This document shows positions 20,991 to 30,558 of a stretch of DNA of 64,000 bases, piece by piece (positions within the stretch are counted from its first letter, which is position 1; every line of letters begins with the position of its first letter). The notes beneath the pieces are model-generated. The model searched no databases. It was not told the DNA's origin and worked only from the letters and a program-made list of their open reading frames with translations. Made by a program: the position numbers and the translations under genes. The DNA comes from a virus: positions 96,001-160,000 of the IMG/VR virus record IMGVR_UViG_3300042317_000390. One strand, 5' to 3'.

Positions 20991-22265
20991 ATGGCAGATA
21001 AAGATTTTATCGTTAAGAACGGTATAGTAGCCGGGGCAAATAATCTAACATTAGGAACTGCTTCTTATTTCGCTTCTAACGGTAACGTTGGCTTTGGTGA
21101 CGCAAATCCTTCCTACAAACTTTCAGTCACAGGCACATTCAACGCATCAGGTAATATCACACAGGGTGGAACAAGAGCTGTTCTTAACGATAGTGGTACA
21201 TGGTCTATTAGCGTTACTGGTAATGCTGGAACCTCTACAAAAGCATCTACTTTAGCACAGAGCGGTGGTTCTGGTGCAGCTATGACATTTAACTGGTCTG
21301 GTCAGTCAGGTCAGCCATCATGGCTTTGGGGTTCAAATGATGGTACAAATATTTACGTTTATAATCCATCAAACTTTAATGTAAATTCTGCTTCATATTC
21401 AACATCGTCCGGCAGTGCTAGTAGTGCTACAAATGCTACAAACCTAACTGGTGGAACTCTTACCGCATCTTCTGGAACAATTAACGGAAATCTAACTGTA
21501 GCAGCTGGTGATTTATATTGCTATCGTTCTGGTGGAGCTTCCGGTGTATTGTTTTTAAATAGTGCCGGTAATAGATATGTTTATTATGATGGTACTAGTT
21601 ATTATATGCCAGGAGCTGAACTATATGTTAATGGAACACAAGTTGTTAAAAACAGTGGTACGTGGTCTATTAGCGTTACTGGTACATCAGGTGGCGTAGC
21701 TTGGACTAATGTATCTGGAAGACCAACAAACCTTTCCTCTTTCACTAACGATCTTGGTAACTACGGTAGCTGGATTACAGCTTCTGGTACATTAACTGGT
21801 CCAGTTAGTAGCGGTTCTTTCTGTTATACGACTCAGGGTCTTGGTGTTGGTACTTCTTATAACCAAGGTGCAGGTTATATTAACGCTACACAGAATATTA
21901 CCGCTTTCTATTCTGACGAAAGATTGAAAGAAAATATTACAGTAATTAAAGACGCACTAGCTAAGATTAAACAAATTTCAGGTGTTTTATACAACAGTAA
22001 CGATCTTGCCGCATCTTTTGGTTACACAGATAAAAGCGAACAGGTTGGTGTTCTTGCCGGACAAATCAAGAAAGTTCTTCCACAAGTCGTTAAGCCAGCA
22101 CCATTTGACTTAGCAAACGATAAAGATGGTAATACTATTTCTAAGACCGGTGAACATTATATGACAGTTCAATACGAGAAAATCGTTCCTCTGTTAATTG
22201 AAGGTATCAAAGAATTAACAGCTAAAGTTGAAGAATTAGAATCTAAACTAACAGAGGGCAAGTAA
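20991..22265 (+). CDS. tail fibre/spike with C-terminal intramolecular chaperone (peptidase S74)
   Basis: MADKDFIVKNG N-terminus; FYSDERLKENI...GVLAGQ...VQYEKIVPLLIEGIKEL autocleaving chaperone signature. Confidence 0.85.
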   Translation: MADKDFIVKNGIVAGANNLTLGTASYFASNGNVGFGDANPSYKLSVTGTFNASGNITQGGTRAVLNDSGTWSISVTGNAGTSTKASTLAQSGGSGAAMTFNWSGQSGQPSWLWGSNDGTNIYVYNPSNFNVNSASYSTSSGSASSATNATNLTGGTLTASSGTINGNLTVAAGDLYCYRSGGASGVLFLNSAGNRYVYYDGTSYYMPGAELYVNGTQVVKNSGTWSISVTGTSGGVAWTNVSGRPTNLSSFTNDLGNYGSWITASGTLTGPVSSGSFCYTTQGLGVGTSYNQGAGYINATQNITAFYSDERLKENITVIKDALAKIKQISGVLYNSNDLAASFGYTDKSEQVGVLAGQIKKVLPQVVKPAPFDLANDKDGNTISKTGEHYMTVQYEKIVPLLIEGIKELTAKVEELESKLTEGK

Positions 22266-22266
22266 T

Positions 22267-23007
22267 ATGTCAGTGCCAACTTCTAGATCTGAATTCGCAG
22301 AGTATTGCCTAAGAAAATTAGGTAAACCAGTTATTGAAATTAACGTAGACGATGATCAGGTTTCTGATCGTATTGATGAAGCATTACGTTACTACTGGGA
22401 TTATCACTTTGATGGTTCAGAGAAAACCTATTATAAAAAGATAGTTGACTCCACCGATATATCAAACAGATATATCACTATGCCAGATAATATTATTGGC
22501 GTTGTTAATATATTCGATCTAGGATCAGCTTTAGGTCTTAATAACCTATTCAATATTCGTTATCAGATCGCATTAAACGATCTTTATACCCTAACATCAG
22601 TCTCTATGGTTCCATATTATATGGCTATGAGTCATGTTCAATTCCTTGAGCAGATGTTAATTGGCAAGCAACCACTAAGATATAACCGTCATATGAATAA
22701 GCTTTATATTGATATGTCATGGGATCAGATTTCTCCCGGTAACTATATTATAGTAGAAGCATATCAAGTTGTTGATCCAGACGTTTATACGAAGGCTTGG
22801 GGAGATCGTTGGTTACAGCGTTATGCTTCTTGCCTAATTAAACAACAGTGGGGTCAAAATCTTAAAAAGTTCGAAGGTATGAAAATGCCAGGTGGACTAA
22901 CCTTTAACGGTCAAAAGATTTATGACGAAGCTACCACCGAAAGAGCTGATCTTGAGAGAGAAATGATTTACACATACAGCTTGCCTGCAACCGATATGAT
23001 AGGTTAG
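22267..23007 (+). CDS. gp13: neck protein gp13
   Basis: YCLRKLG.PVIEINV...Q..DRIDEAL; KQQWGQNL.KF.G..MPGG; ends DMIG. Confidence 0.92.
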   Translation: MSVPTSRSEFAEYCLRKLGKPVIEINVDDDQVSDRIDEALRYYWDYHFDGSEKTYYKKIVDSTDISNRYITMPDNIIGVVNIFDLGSALGLNNLFNIRYQIALNDLYTLTSVSMVPYYMAMSHVQFLEQMLIGKQPLRYNRHMNKLYIDMSWDQISPGNYIIVEAYQVVDPDVYTKAWGDRWLQRYASCLIKQQWGQNLKKFEGMKMPGGLTFNGQKIYDEATTERADLEREMIYTYSLPATDMIG

Positions 23008-23017
23008 GACGGACTCG

Positions 23018-23605
23018 ATGGAAGCTTTCGTTTATTGTTGGACGGATAAAAAAACAAATATGTTATATGTTGGTTCTCATAAAGGATCAACTGATGATGG
23101 ATATATTTGTTCCAGCAAGTATATGATGGAAGAGTATAACAAACGTCCTAAAGATTTTAGTAGACAGATTATCGCTGAAGGTGATTTGTCTGATATGAGA
23201 AAGTTTGAAACTAAAATACTTCAAGCTGTGAACGCCAGACTTGATGAACAGTTTTATAACATGCACAATAACAATGGTTGTTATATTTTAAAACGTCACA
23301 CAGAGTCAACAAAAAGAAAAATCAGCGAAAGCGAAAAGGGTAAAGTTGTATCCCAAAAATCAAGACTTAAAATGAAAAATAGTAAAATTGGTTTCAAAAA
23401 CAATAGATGGGGAACACCCCATAACGAAGAAACTAAAAGAAAAATGTCGTTATCGGCGCAAGGAAGAAAGTTCAAAGAAGAACATAAATATAAACTATCG
23501 CAAGCTAAATTAGGGAAAAGTTGGTTCCATAATCCTAACAATAACTCAAGCGGTTTATATTTTCCAGGAACGGAACCAGAAGGCTGGATTAAAGGAAGAA
23601 AATAA
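23018..23605 (+). mobile_element. free-standing GIY-YIG homing endonuclease with NUMOD3 repeats (Seg-like)
   Basis: FVYCW...LYVGSH GIY-YIG variant; FYN; HTESTKRKIS and HNEETKRKMS NUMOD3 motifs; sits between intact gp13 and gp14. Confidence 0.85.
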
Positions 23606-24333
23606 TGTCAGGCAGTACCAATTTTTTCTTTAATAATTTCCAAGCCAGCCAAGAACAGTTTCTTTTAGAAAATTTGATTATAGAGTCAATTTCTATTTAC
23701 GGCCATGACGTTCAATATATACCCAGAAAACTGAACAATTATGACGATGTATACGGAGCAGATGACCAATCTTCGTATGATGTTGCATATCCTATAGCAA
23801 TGTATATTGAGTCCGTAGATGGGTTTACCGGAGATGGTGATTTTTTATCTAAGTTCGGCGTTGAGATTAGAAATCAAGTTACTTTTTCTGTTGCTCAGAG
23901 AATATTTGCTGAAGAGGTAGGAAATAACACAACACAAGTAAGACCCAACGAAGGAGATTTAATTTATTTTCCTCTTAATGGTAAATGCTTTCAGATCAAA
24001 TATGTTGAAAAATTCCAGATGTTTTATCCTCTGGGTAAATTGTATACTTGGAAAATGGTTTGTGAACTATTCGAGTATTCAGGCGAAAGAATGAATACTG
24101 GTATACCTGAAATAGATAGTCTTGAGAAGAAACTAAGCACTAATATTCTAGATTGGTTAATTGAAACCGAAACGTCTGATGGTATCTTAACAGAAGACGA
24201 TGAATATCTAGTTCTTGAAAATTCATCTATGTCAGATCTAGTTCCAGCAGCTGATAACGATGAGATTCAAAGGGAGTCTGATTTATTCGTTGATTTCTCT
24301 TCAATAGATCCATTTAGCGAAGGGAACATTTAA
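23605..24333 (+). CDS. gp14: neck protein gp14
   Basis: LIIESI.IYG.DV.YIPR; SKFG.EIR; RPNEGDLIYFPL; CELFEYS. Confidence 0.92.
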   Translation: MSGSTNFFFNNFQASQEQFLLENLIIESISIYGHDVQYIPRKLNNYDDVYGADDQSSYDVAYPIAMYIESVDGFTGDGDFLSKFGVEIRNQVTFSVAQRIFAEEVGNNTTQVRPNEGDLIYFPLNGKCFQIKYVEKFQMFYPLGKLYTWKMVCELFEYSGERMNTGIPEIDSLEKKLSTNILDWLIETETSDGILTEDDEYLVLENSSMSDLVPAADNDEIQRESDLFVDFSSIDPFSEGNI

Positions 24334-25193
24334 TGTTTAATCAAACATTCTATTTCAGTCTTATTCGTAAATATGTTATTCTTATGGGAACGCTACTGAA
24401 TAATATCCGTATCACTAGAACGGATAAAGATGGCAATGTTACATCGTTATTAAGAGTTCCTGTAACGTATGCGGCTAAAGATAAGATGCTTGCTCGTGTT
24501 ATGCAAGATCCTGGAATTGATAGACCATCAGCGACAACACCACTTCCTATGATCTCATTCGAAATGGGAAAGATGTCATATGATGGTTCTAGAAAGTTAA
24601 ACACAGTCGGTAAAAGTTCATATAGAAGCGATACCGATGCTAGTAAATTTAAATACCAATATAATCCAGTCCCATATAATATAAATTTCAAGGCGTTCGT
24701 TTACGCTAAGAATGTTGAGGATGGAACTAAGATCATAGAACAAATTCTACCTTATTTCACTCCAGACTGGACTACAACCGTAAATCTAATTCCAGAAGTT
24801 GAAGTTAAGATTGACATCCCAATCGTTCTAAATAATATTGGTTATAGTGATAACTATGACGGTGAATTTAAGGATAGAAGGGCTATTATTTGGGAATTAG
24901 ATTTCACACTGAAAGGATACATCTATGGTCCAGTTAAGTCTTCTGGTATTATTAAGTTTGTTAAAACTAACTTCTACATTCCAGCAACAAACACAGCCGT
25001 TGAAGGTAGAGGTATCACGCCGATTGCAGAGAGAGTCACGGTACAACCAGGATTAGACGCTAACGGTAATCCAATAAATTACTATGGCGCTCCTAATACG
25101 AGTATAGATACTTTACCATATGTAGAAATAGACGCTGAAGATGATTATGGCTTTATTACTATGATATATGAAGAAGATGAGGTAAATGACTGA
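24333..25193 (+). CDS. gp15: tail sheath stabilizer/terminator gp15
   Basis: FY...IRKY...G.L.N.I; PVPYN; I.EQILPYF.P; W.L.FT.KGY.YGP. Confidence 0.92.
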   Translation: MFNQTFYFSLIRKYVILMGTLLNNIRITRTDKDGNVTSLLRVPVTYAAKDKMLARVMQDPGIDRPSATTPLPMISFEMGKMSYDGSRKLNTVGKSSYRSDTDASKFKYQYNPVPYNINFKAFVYAKNVEDGTKIIEQILPYFTPDWTTTVNLIPEVEVKIDIPIVLNNIGYSDNYDGEFKDRRAIIWELDFTLKGYIYGPVKSSGIIKFVKTNFYIPATNTAVEGRGITPIAERVTVQPGLDANGNPINYYGAPNTSIDTLPYVEIDAEDDYGFITMIYEEDEVND

Positions 25194-25605
25194 AAAAGAT
25201 AATGACCCTATGGGTAAAGCTCTAGGGCTACCTGCTCTAGAGTTTGAAAAAACTATAGATAACATGTTAGCGAAAGCTCATGACGATAGTGCTAGAAACG
25301 ATTTCGAGGCAGCTAGATCCAATTTGTATGAAGTAATACAAAGTGGTAAAGAGGCCATGGATAAGTTAGGTCAAATAGCTGCATCTTCCCAACATCCACG
25401 AGCGTTTGAAGTTCTATCTAAAATGATGGAAACTATGATTCAAGCTAACAAAGATCTGTTGGAACTTCAAACTAAAATAAGAGAAATAGATGTAGCTGAT
25501 GCACCAACCAATGAAAAGGCTAAGACTATTAACAATAATCTTTTCGTTGGCTCAACTGCTGAATTACAAAAAATGATCAAGGATATGAATACTAAGAATG
25601 ACTAA
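25186..25605 (+). CDS. gp16: terminase small subunit
   Basis: D.E.AR.NL; HPRAFEV; NNNLFVGSTAELQKM. Confidence 0.92.
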   Translation: MTEKDNDPMGKALGLPALEFEKTIDNMLAKAHDDSARNDFEAARSNLYEVIQSGKEAMDKLGQIAASSQHPRAFEVLSKMMETMIQANKDLLELQTKIREIDVADAPTNEKAKTINNNLFVGSTAELQKMIKDMNTKND

Positions 25606-27244
25606 TAGCGATGCTGGTTATAAGGGTAATGTTAATCTAAAGAGATCAAATCAAAATATAGAATGGACTCCTGATCTCGTTCAAGAATACGTCAAGTGTT
25701 CTCAAGACCCCGTATACTTCACAGAAACCTATATGAAAATCATCAACGTCGATGAAGGTCTAACGAGCTTCAAGTTGTATGATTACCAGAAGAATATGGT
25801 TAAATCCTTCAAGGACAATCGTTATAGTATTGTAACTACCGCTCGACAGGCTGGTAAATCTACCACGACTTGTGCTTTTATTCTTTGGTATATTATTTTC
25901 AATCCAGATAAAGTTGTTGCTCTACTAGCCAACAAGGGTGATACGGCCAGAGAAATTCTAGGTCGTGTTCAGCTTGCATATCAGCATCTGCCTAAATGGT
26001 TACAACAGGGCGTTGTTGAATGGAACAAAGGATCGTTCGTTCTCGAAAATAACAGCCGTGTTATCGCTGCTGCTACTTCTGCCAGCGCCATCCGTGGTTT
26101 CTCTATTAACCTACTATTCATCGATGAGGCAGCGTTTATTGAAAACTGGGATGAATTCTTTACATCAGTTTATCCTACAATTTCATCAGGCACAGAATCA
26201 AAGATTATTCTAGTTTCTACCCCGAATGGGTTGAATCACTTCTATGCCACTTGGATTAACGCTATTGAAAATAAGAATGGTTACAGCCCTATTCTAGTTA
26301 ACTGGAAAGAGGTTCCAGGCAGAGACGAAGAATGGAGGAAAAGTACCATTGCAGGTATGAACTTCGATGTTGAGAAGTTCGATCAGGAATATAACTGTGA
26401 GTTTCTAGGATCTTCTGGTACACTGATTGCTGGTTGGAAACTCAAAGAATTAGTTCACCAAGCACCAATGGTCGAACGTGATGGCATGATTCAATATATT
26501 AAGCCAGAAGAAGGTCATGTGTATATTATGGTATGTGACGTTTCTCGTGGTAAGGGTCTGGACTATTCGGCATTTCAGTTATTAGATGTGACCAAGATGC
26601 CATACAATCAAGTTTGTGTATTCAGAAATAATGCTGTTGCACCGGTAGATTATGCTGATATTATTCACAGAACAGCTAAAGCATATAACAATGCATCAGT
26701 TCTTGTTGAAGTGAATGATATTGGTGAGCAGGTAGCTCACACTCTACAATATGATTTTTCTTATGAAAACGTTCTATTCACAGAGAACGCAGGTAGATCA
26801 GGTAAAAGAATTACAGGTGGTTTTGCATCAGGCGGTAAGATCGACAAGGGTATTAGAACCACAAAGATTGTGAAGTCTGTTGGTTGTTCAATTTTGAAAC
26901 TTCTTGTTGAACAGAACCAACTAGTGTTAAACGACTTCCACACAATAAATGAGCTTTCGACGTTTTCTAAGAAGGGAACTTCTTATGAGGCTGAACCAGG
27001 CAAGCACGACGATATGGTAATGTGTCTCGTTTTGTTTGCTTGGCTTTCAGACCAGCAATACTTCAAAGACTACACTGACATTAATACTTTGATGTCTCTA
27101 AGGGAAAAAACAGAGGAAGATATGGAGCAGGACATGGCTCCTTTCGGATTCGTGGATAATGGAAGAGACGATGAATTTGTAGAAGAAGACTATGAAAAGT
27201 ATGTAGCTGACAGCTGGATTTGGAGCAATCCTCAAGATTTCTAA
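25598..27244 (+). CDS. gp17: terminase large subunit
   Basis: ARQAGKST Walker A; LFIDEAAF Walker B; STPNG; DVSRG..LDYSAF; HDDMVM nuclease motifs. Confidence 0.96.
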   Translation: MTNSDAGYKGNVNLKRSNQNIEWTPDLVQEYVKCSQDPVYFTETYMKIINVDEGLTSFKLYDYQKNMVKSFKDNRYSIVTTARQAGKSTTTCAFILWYIIFNPDKVVALLANKGDTAREILGRVQLAYQHLPKWLQQGVVEWNKGSFVLENNSRVIAAATSASAIRGFSINLLFIDEAAFIENWDEFFTSVYPTISSGTESKIILVSTPNGLNHFYATWINAIENKNGYSPILVNWKEVPGRDEEWRKSTIAGMNFDVEKFDQEYNCEFLGSSGTLIAGWKLKELVHQAPMVERDGMIQYIKPEEGHVYIMVCDVSRGKGLDYSAFQLLDVTKMPYNQVCVFRNNAVAPVDYADIIHRTAKAYNNASVLVEVNDIGEQVAHTLQYDFSYENVLFTENAGRSGKRITGGFASGGKIDKGIRTTKIVKSVGCSILKLLVEQNQLVLNDFHTINELSTFSKKGTSYEAEPGKHDDMVMCLVLFAWLSDQQYFKDYTDINTLMSLREKTEEDMEQDMAPFGFVDNGRDDEFVEEDYEKYVADSWIWSNPQDF

Positions 27245-27256
27245 GAAAGCCTATTT

Positions 27257-27264
27257 TATAAATA
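27257..27264 (+). promoter_or_regulatory. late promoter TATAAATA
   Basis: Intergenic, upstream of the tail sheath gene. Confidence 0.85.
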
Positions 27265-27312
27265 TAAAAAATGTTTAAAACATAAGTTCTCGCATAAAGG
27301 GAGATAATAAAA

Positions 27313-29850
27313 ATGGCTTTTCAACTATCACCAGGGGTTAATGTATCAGAAATCGATCTAACAACGGTCGTTCCTGCTGTAGCCACTTCAGACGGTGCCT
27401 TTGCTGGCGTATTCCGTTGGGGTCCAGTAGGAGAGAGAGTTCTCGTTGATTCTGAGAATACTCTAGTTTCAAGATTTGCTAAACCTTCAAATTTTAATGC
27501 TGAAACGTTCTTCACGGCAGCTAACTTCTTATCATATTCAAACCGTCTATATATTTCACGTGCTGCTGACACAACTGGTGCAACTCCAGTAGCTTCAGGC
27601 AACACTTCTGGCGCCAACAGCATCATCCAGATTGGTGATACTTCAGCCATTTCTGTTGGCATGTATCTAGTTACAGTTAGCAACACTGCAGCTATGAATC
27701 TTGTTTCAACGGTTTCTGTTCTAACAAAGAATTCAACTCACGTTACTCTTTCACAGAACACCACTGCTACATCAGCAAACGTAAGCTATTATTTTGCTCG
27801 TCCAGAAACAGCATATACCGCAGTTGGCTTCGATCCATCAAGCGCCTCCGCTTATGTTGCAAATCTAGTTAATCAGATCGTAAAGAACGAAAACGACTAT
27901 ACTGCAAAGGATGGTAATTTCGATTCTGACCTCATGTATGTTGCAAAGTATCCAGGTGATCTTGGTAACTCACTAAGAATCGGTGTTTGCGATACAGCTA
28001 ATAGCTATTCTTCAAACCTAGCAGCCACTGGCACAAAGGTTGAATTTAGAGTTGGTGCTAATTCTGCAACAGTTAAGTTCGTAGGTACAACCAACGCTGC
28101 AGCCGCTACTCTTGCTTCAGGTATTACTGTAGGCGATCAGATCCTAGCTGGTAACAGCACGATTGGTCTTCAGTATCTACAGGTAATAAGCGTAGAAGTT
28201 GGTTCAAATAGCTCATTCGTTAACACAGCCAGTCTAACGTTCGATGGTAATACAGCCATTAACAGCAACCTAAACTTCATCACACTTACAGGTAATCCAT
28301 ATACCAACGGTGACGTTATCGTTTATGCCAATACAACAGCACCAGCCGTTTCTGGTCTAGTTGGTGGTACAAACTATCACGTAGTTCAGGCTAACTCAAT
28401 TGGCTTCAAACTAGCCACTACTGCATTCGGTGACGAACTAGATATTGCTGCAACCCCAGGTTCACTTGGTTCTTTCGCAGCTAATACTAACGTCCTAAGA
28501 ATTAACTTTGAAGATCCATTCAGACTTCGTACCAATTATACATCAGATACAGTTGATCGTAATTGGGAGTTCTTCAACGTTGTTGATTCTGCTCCAGGTC
28601 AGTCTGATTACGTTCTCTATAACGGTAATACAGCTGCTCAGGACGAAGTACACGTAGTAGTCGTTGATAACGATGGTGGTTTCAGTGGTACACCAGGCAC
28701 CATTCTTGAAGTCTATAAGGGTCTTTCAAGAGCTACAGACGCTAAGAACAACGATGGTACAGGCAATTACTATAAAGACGTTATCAATCAGTCATCAAAG
28801 TATGTCTGGTGGGCTAACGACCGTAGCGTTGCTCCATCTGCAACTGCTCTAAATGTTGCTTCTTCAACCGCTACAGCACCAGCTGATATCAATCTAGTAT
28901 ATGGTACAGACGGTCTAAGCGAAAACGATGCAACTCTAGCAGTTCTAGGTTCTGCTTACGATCTATTCACATCAGCAGAAGATATTGATATTTCTCTAGT
29001 TCTACAGGGTAAGCCAATCGGTGGAACCACAGTAGTTAACGGAACAACAGTATCTAACTTCATGCTAGCAAACTATATCATTGATAATATCTGCGAAACA
29101 AGAAGAGATTGTATTGCTCTACTATCACCAGATAAGTCAACTGTTATCAATAACTCTGGTGCAGAAGCTCTAACCGTTAAGGCTTGGAGAGGCGCTGTCC
29201 ATAGTTCATCCTATGCAGTTCTTGACTCTGGTTATAAGTATCAGTATGATAAGTATAACGATCTTTACCGTTGGGTTCCACTAAACGGCGATATTGCCGG
29301 TCTATGTGTTAGAACAGATAGCACAAACGACGCTTGGTGGTCACCAGCTGGTTTCAACCGTGGTCAGATCAAGAATCTCGTTAAGCTTGCTTGGAATCCA
29401 CGCAAGTCTGAAAGAGACGTTCTATTCAGCAACGGTATTAACCCAGTTGTAACATTCCCAGGTCAGGGAACGGTTCTTTATGGCGATAAGACTCTACAGG
29501 CAAAACCATCTGCATTCGATCATATCAATGTTCGCAGATTGTTCATTGTCCTAGAGAAAGCTATCTCCACAGCTGCTAAGTATCAGTTATTCGACTTCAA
29601 CGATGCTTTCACAAGAGCACAGTTCAGAAATCTAGTAACTCCATATCTACGCACGATCAAGGGTCGTCGTGGTATCACAGACTTCTATGTTGTCTGCGAT
29701 GATACTAATAATACACCTGCGATTGTTGATAGCAATCAGTTCGTCGGTGATATCTATATTAAACCTTCGAGAAGTATTAACTTCATCCAGCTAAACTTCA
29801 TTGCTGTACCCACCGGTGTACAATTCTCTGAAGTAGTTGGTAAGTTCTAA
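27313..29850 (+). CDS. gp18: tail sheath protein
   Basis: LSPGVNVSEIDLT; F.WGP; W.SPAG.NRG; INVRRLF; IKP.RSINFI.LNF. Confidence 0.96.
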   Translation: MAFQLSPGVNVSEIDLTTVVPAVATSDGAFAGVFRWGPVGERVLVDSENTLVSRFAKPSNFNAETFFTAANFLSYSNRLYISRAADTTGATPVASGNTSGANSIIQIGDTSAISVGMYLVTVSNTAAMNLVSTVSVLTKNSTHVTLSQNTTATSANVSYYFARPETAYTAVGFDPSSASAYVANLVNQIVKNENDYTAKDGNFDSDLMYVAKYPGDLGNSLRIGVCDTANSYSSNLAATGTKVEFRVGANSATVKFVGTTNAAAATLASGITVGDQILAGNSTIGLQYLQVISVEVGSNSSFVNTASLTFDGNTAINSNLNFITLTGNPYTNGDVIVYANTTAPAVSGLVGGTNYHVVQANSIGFKLATTAFGDELDIAATPGSLGSFAANTNVLRINFEDPFRLRTNYTSDTVDRNWEFFNVVDSAPGQSDYVLYNGNTAAQDEVHVVVVDNDGGFSGTPGTILEVYKGLSRATDAKNNDGTGNYYKDVINQSSKYVWWANDRSVAPSATALNVASSTATAPADINLVYGTDGLSENDATLAVLGSAYDLFTSAEDIDISLVLQGKPIGGTTVVNGTTVSNFMLANYIIDNICETRRDCIALLSPDKSTVINNSGAEALTVKAWRGAVHSSSYAVLDSGYKYQYDKYNDLYRWVPLNGDIAGLCVRTDSTNDAWWSPAGFNRGQIKNLVKLAWNPRKSERDVLFSNGINPVVTFPGQGTVLYGDKTLQAKPSAFDHINVRRLFIVLEKAISTAAKYQLFDFNDAFTRAQFRNLVTPYLRTIKGRRGITDFYVVCDDTNNTPAIVDSNQFVGDIYIKPSRSINFIQLNFIAVPTGVQFSEVVGKF

Positions 29851-29885
29851 TAAATAAGAATAAAAACTCAAAAGGAGTAATATAG

Positions 29886-30497
29886 ATGCCCTTTAATATT
29901 AATAGTTTCAAAGCAAATGGTCTGACATATGGAGGTGCCAGACCATCCCTATTCCAAGTAGTCGTAACTCCTCCACCAGCGATTCCTGTTAACCCAATCG
30001 CTCTTAGCAAGTTTGTATTTACTTGTAAGGCAGCTGAGTTACCAGAATCAACGATTTCTAATATCGAAGTTCCATATTTCGGTAGAAAGATCAAGGTTGC
30101 TGGTGAAAGAAGCTACGCTGATTGGTCAATCACAGTAATGAACGATGAGGACTTCTCAGTTCGTTCAATGTTCGAAGCTTGGATGAACGGTATTAACACT
30201 GTTCAGTCAAACATTCGTCTACCAGAAGCATCAGCTGAAGGCTATAAGGCTCTCGCAGTTGACGTTACGCAGTTTGGTAAAGACGGTGCTATTCTTCGTA
30301 CATGTCAGTTAGTTGGTGCATTCCCAACTCAGGTTAGCGGTATTTCACTAGGTTGGGATACAGCTAATGCAGTTGAAGAGTTCACAGTTAACTTCTCATA
30401 CGATTATTGGCTACCAATCATTGAAGACGCTTCACTCCAGACAGCTGGTAAGGTTACACCATACCTTGGCGAAACTGAAGTTGGCCCAGTATTCTAA
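29886..30497 (+). CDS. gp19: tail tube protein
   Basis: GGARP.LF.V; CKAAELP; GR..KVAG.R.Y.DW.ITV.NDEDF; EEFTV.F.YDYW. Confidence 0.95.
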   Translation: MPFNINSFKANGLTYGGARPSLFQVVVTPPPAIPVNPIALSKFVFTCKAAELPESTISNIEVPYFGRKIKVAGERSYADWSITVMNDEDFSVRSMFEAWMNGINTVQSNIRLPEASAEGYKALAVDVTQFGKDGAILRTCQLVGAFPTQVSGISLGWDTANAVEEFTVNFSYDYWLPIIEDASLQTAGKVTPYLGETEVGPVF

Positions 30498-30558
30498 TAC
30501 TAAGTATTATATAATTGTGGGGGGAGAGTTTTTCTCCCTCCAATATTTGGAGATTTAA

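Noticed and set aside
3736-22265. Diversity-generating retroelement acting on fibre tips (Mtd-N-like domains, paralogous tips)
   Set aside because: No reverse transcriptase in the window and no TR/VR pair differing only at adenines was seen
23018-23605. Group I intron-encoded endonuclease
   Set aside because: gp13 and gp14 are each complete and there is no flanking space for an intron core
30514-30544. Terminator between gp19 and gp20
   Set aside because: An imperfect hairpin is present but has no U-tract; may be a processing or stability stem, so not called
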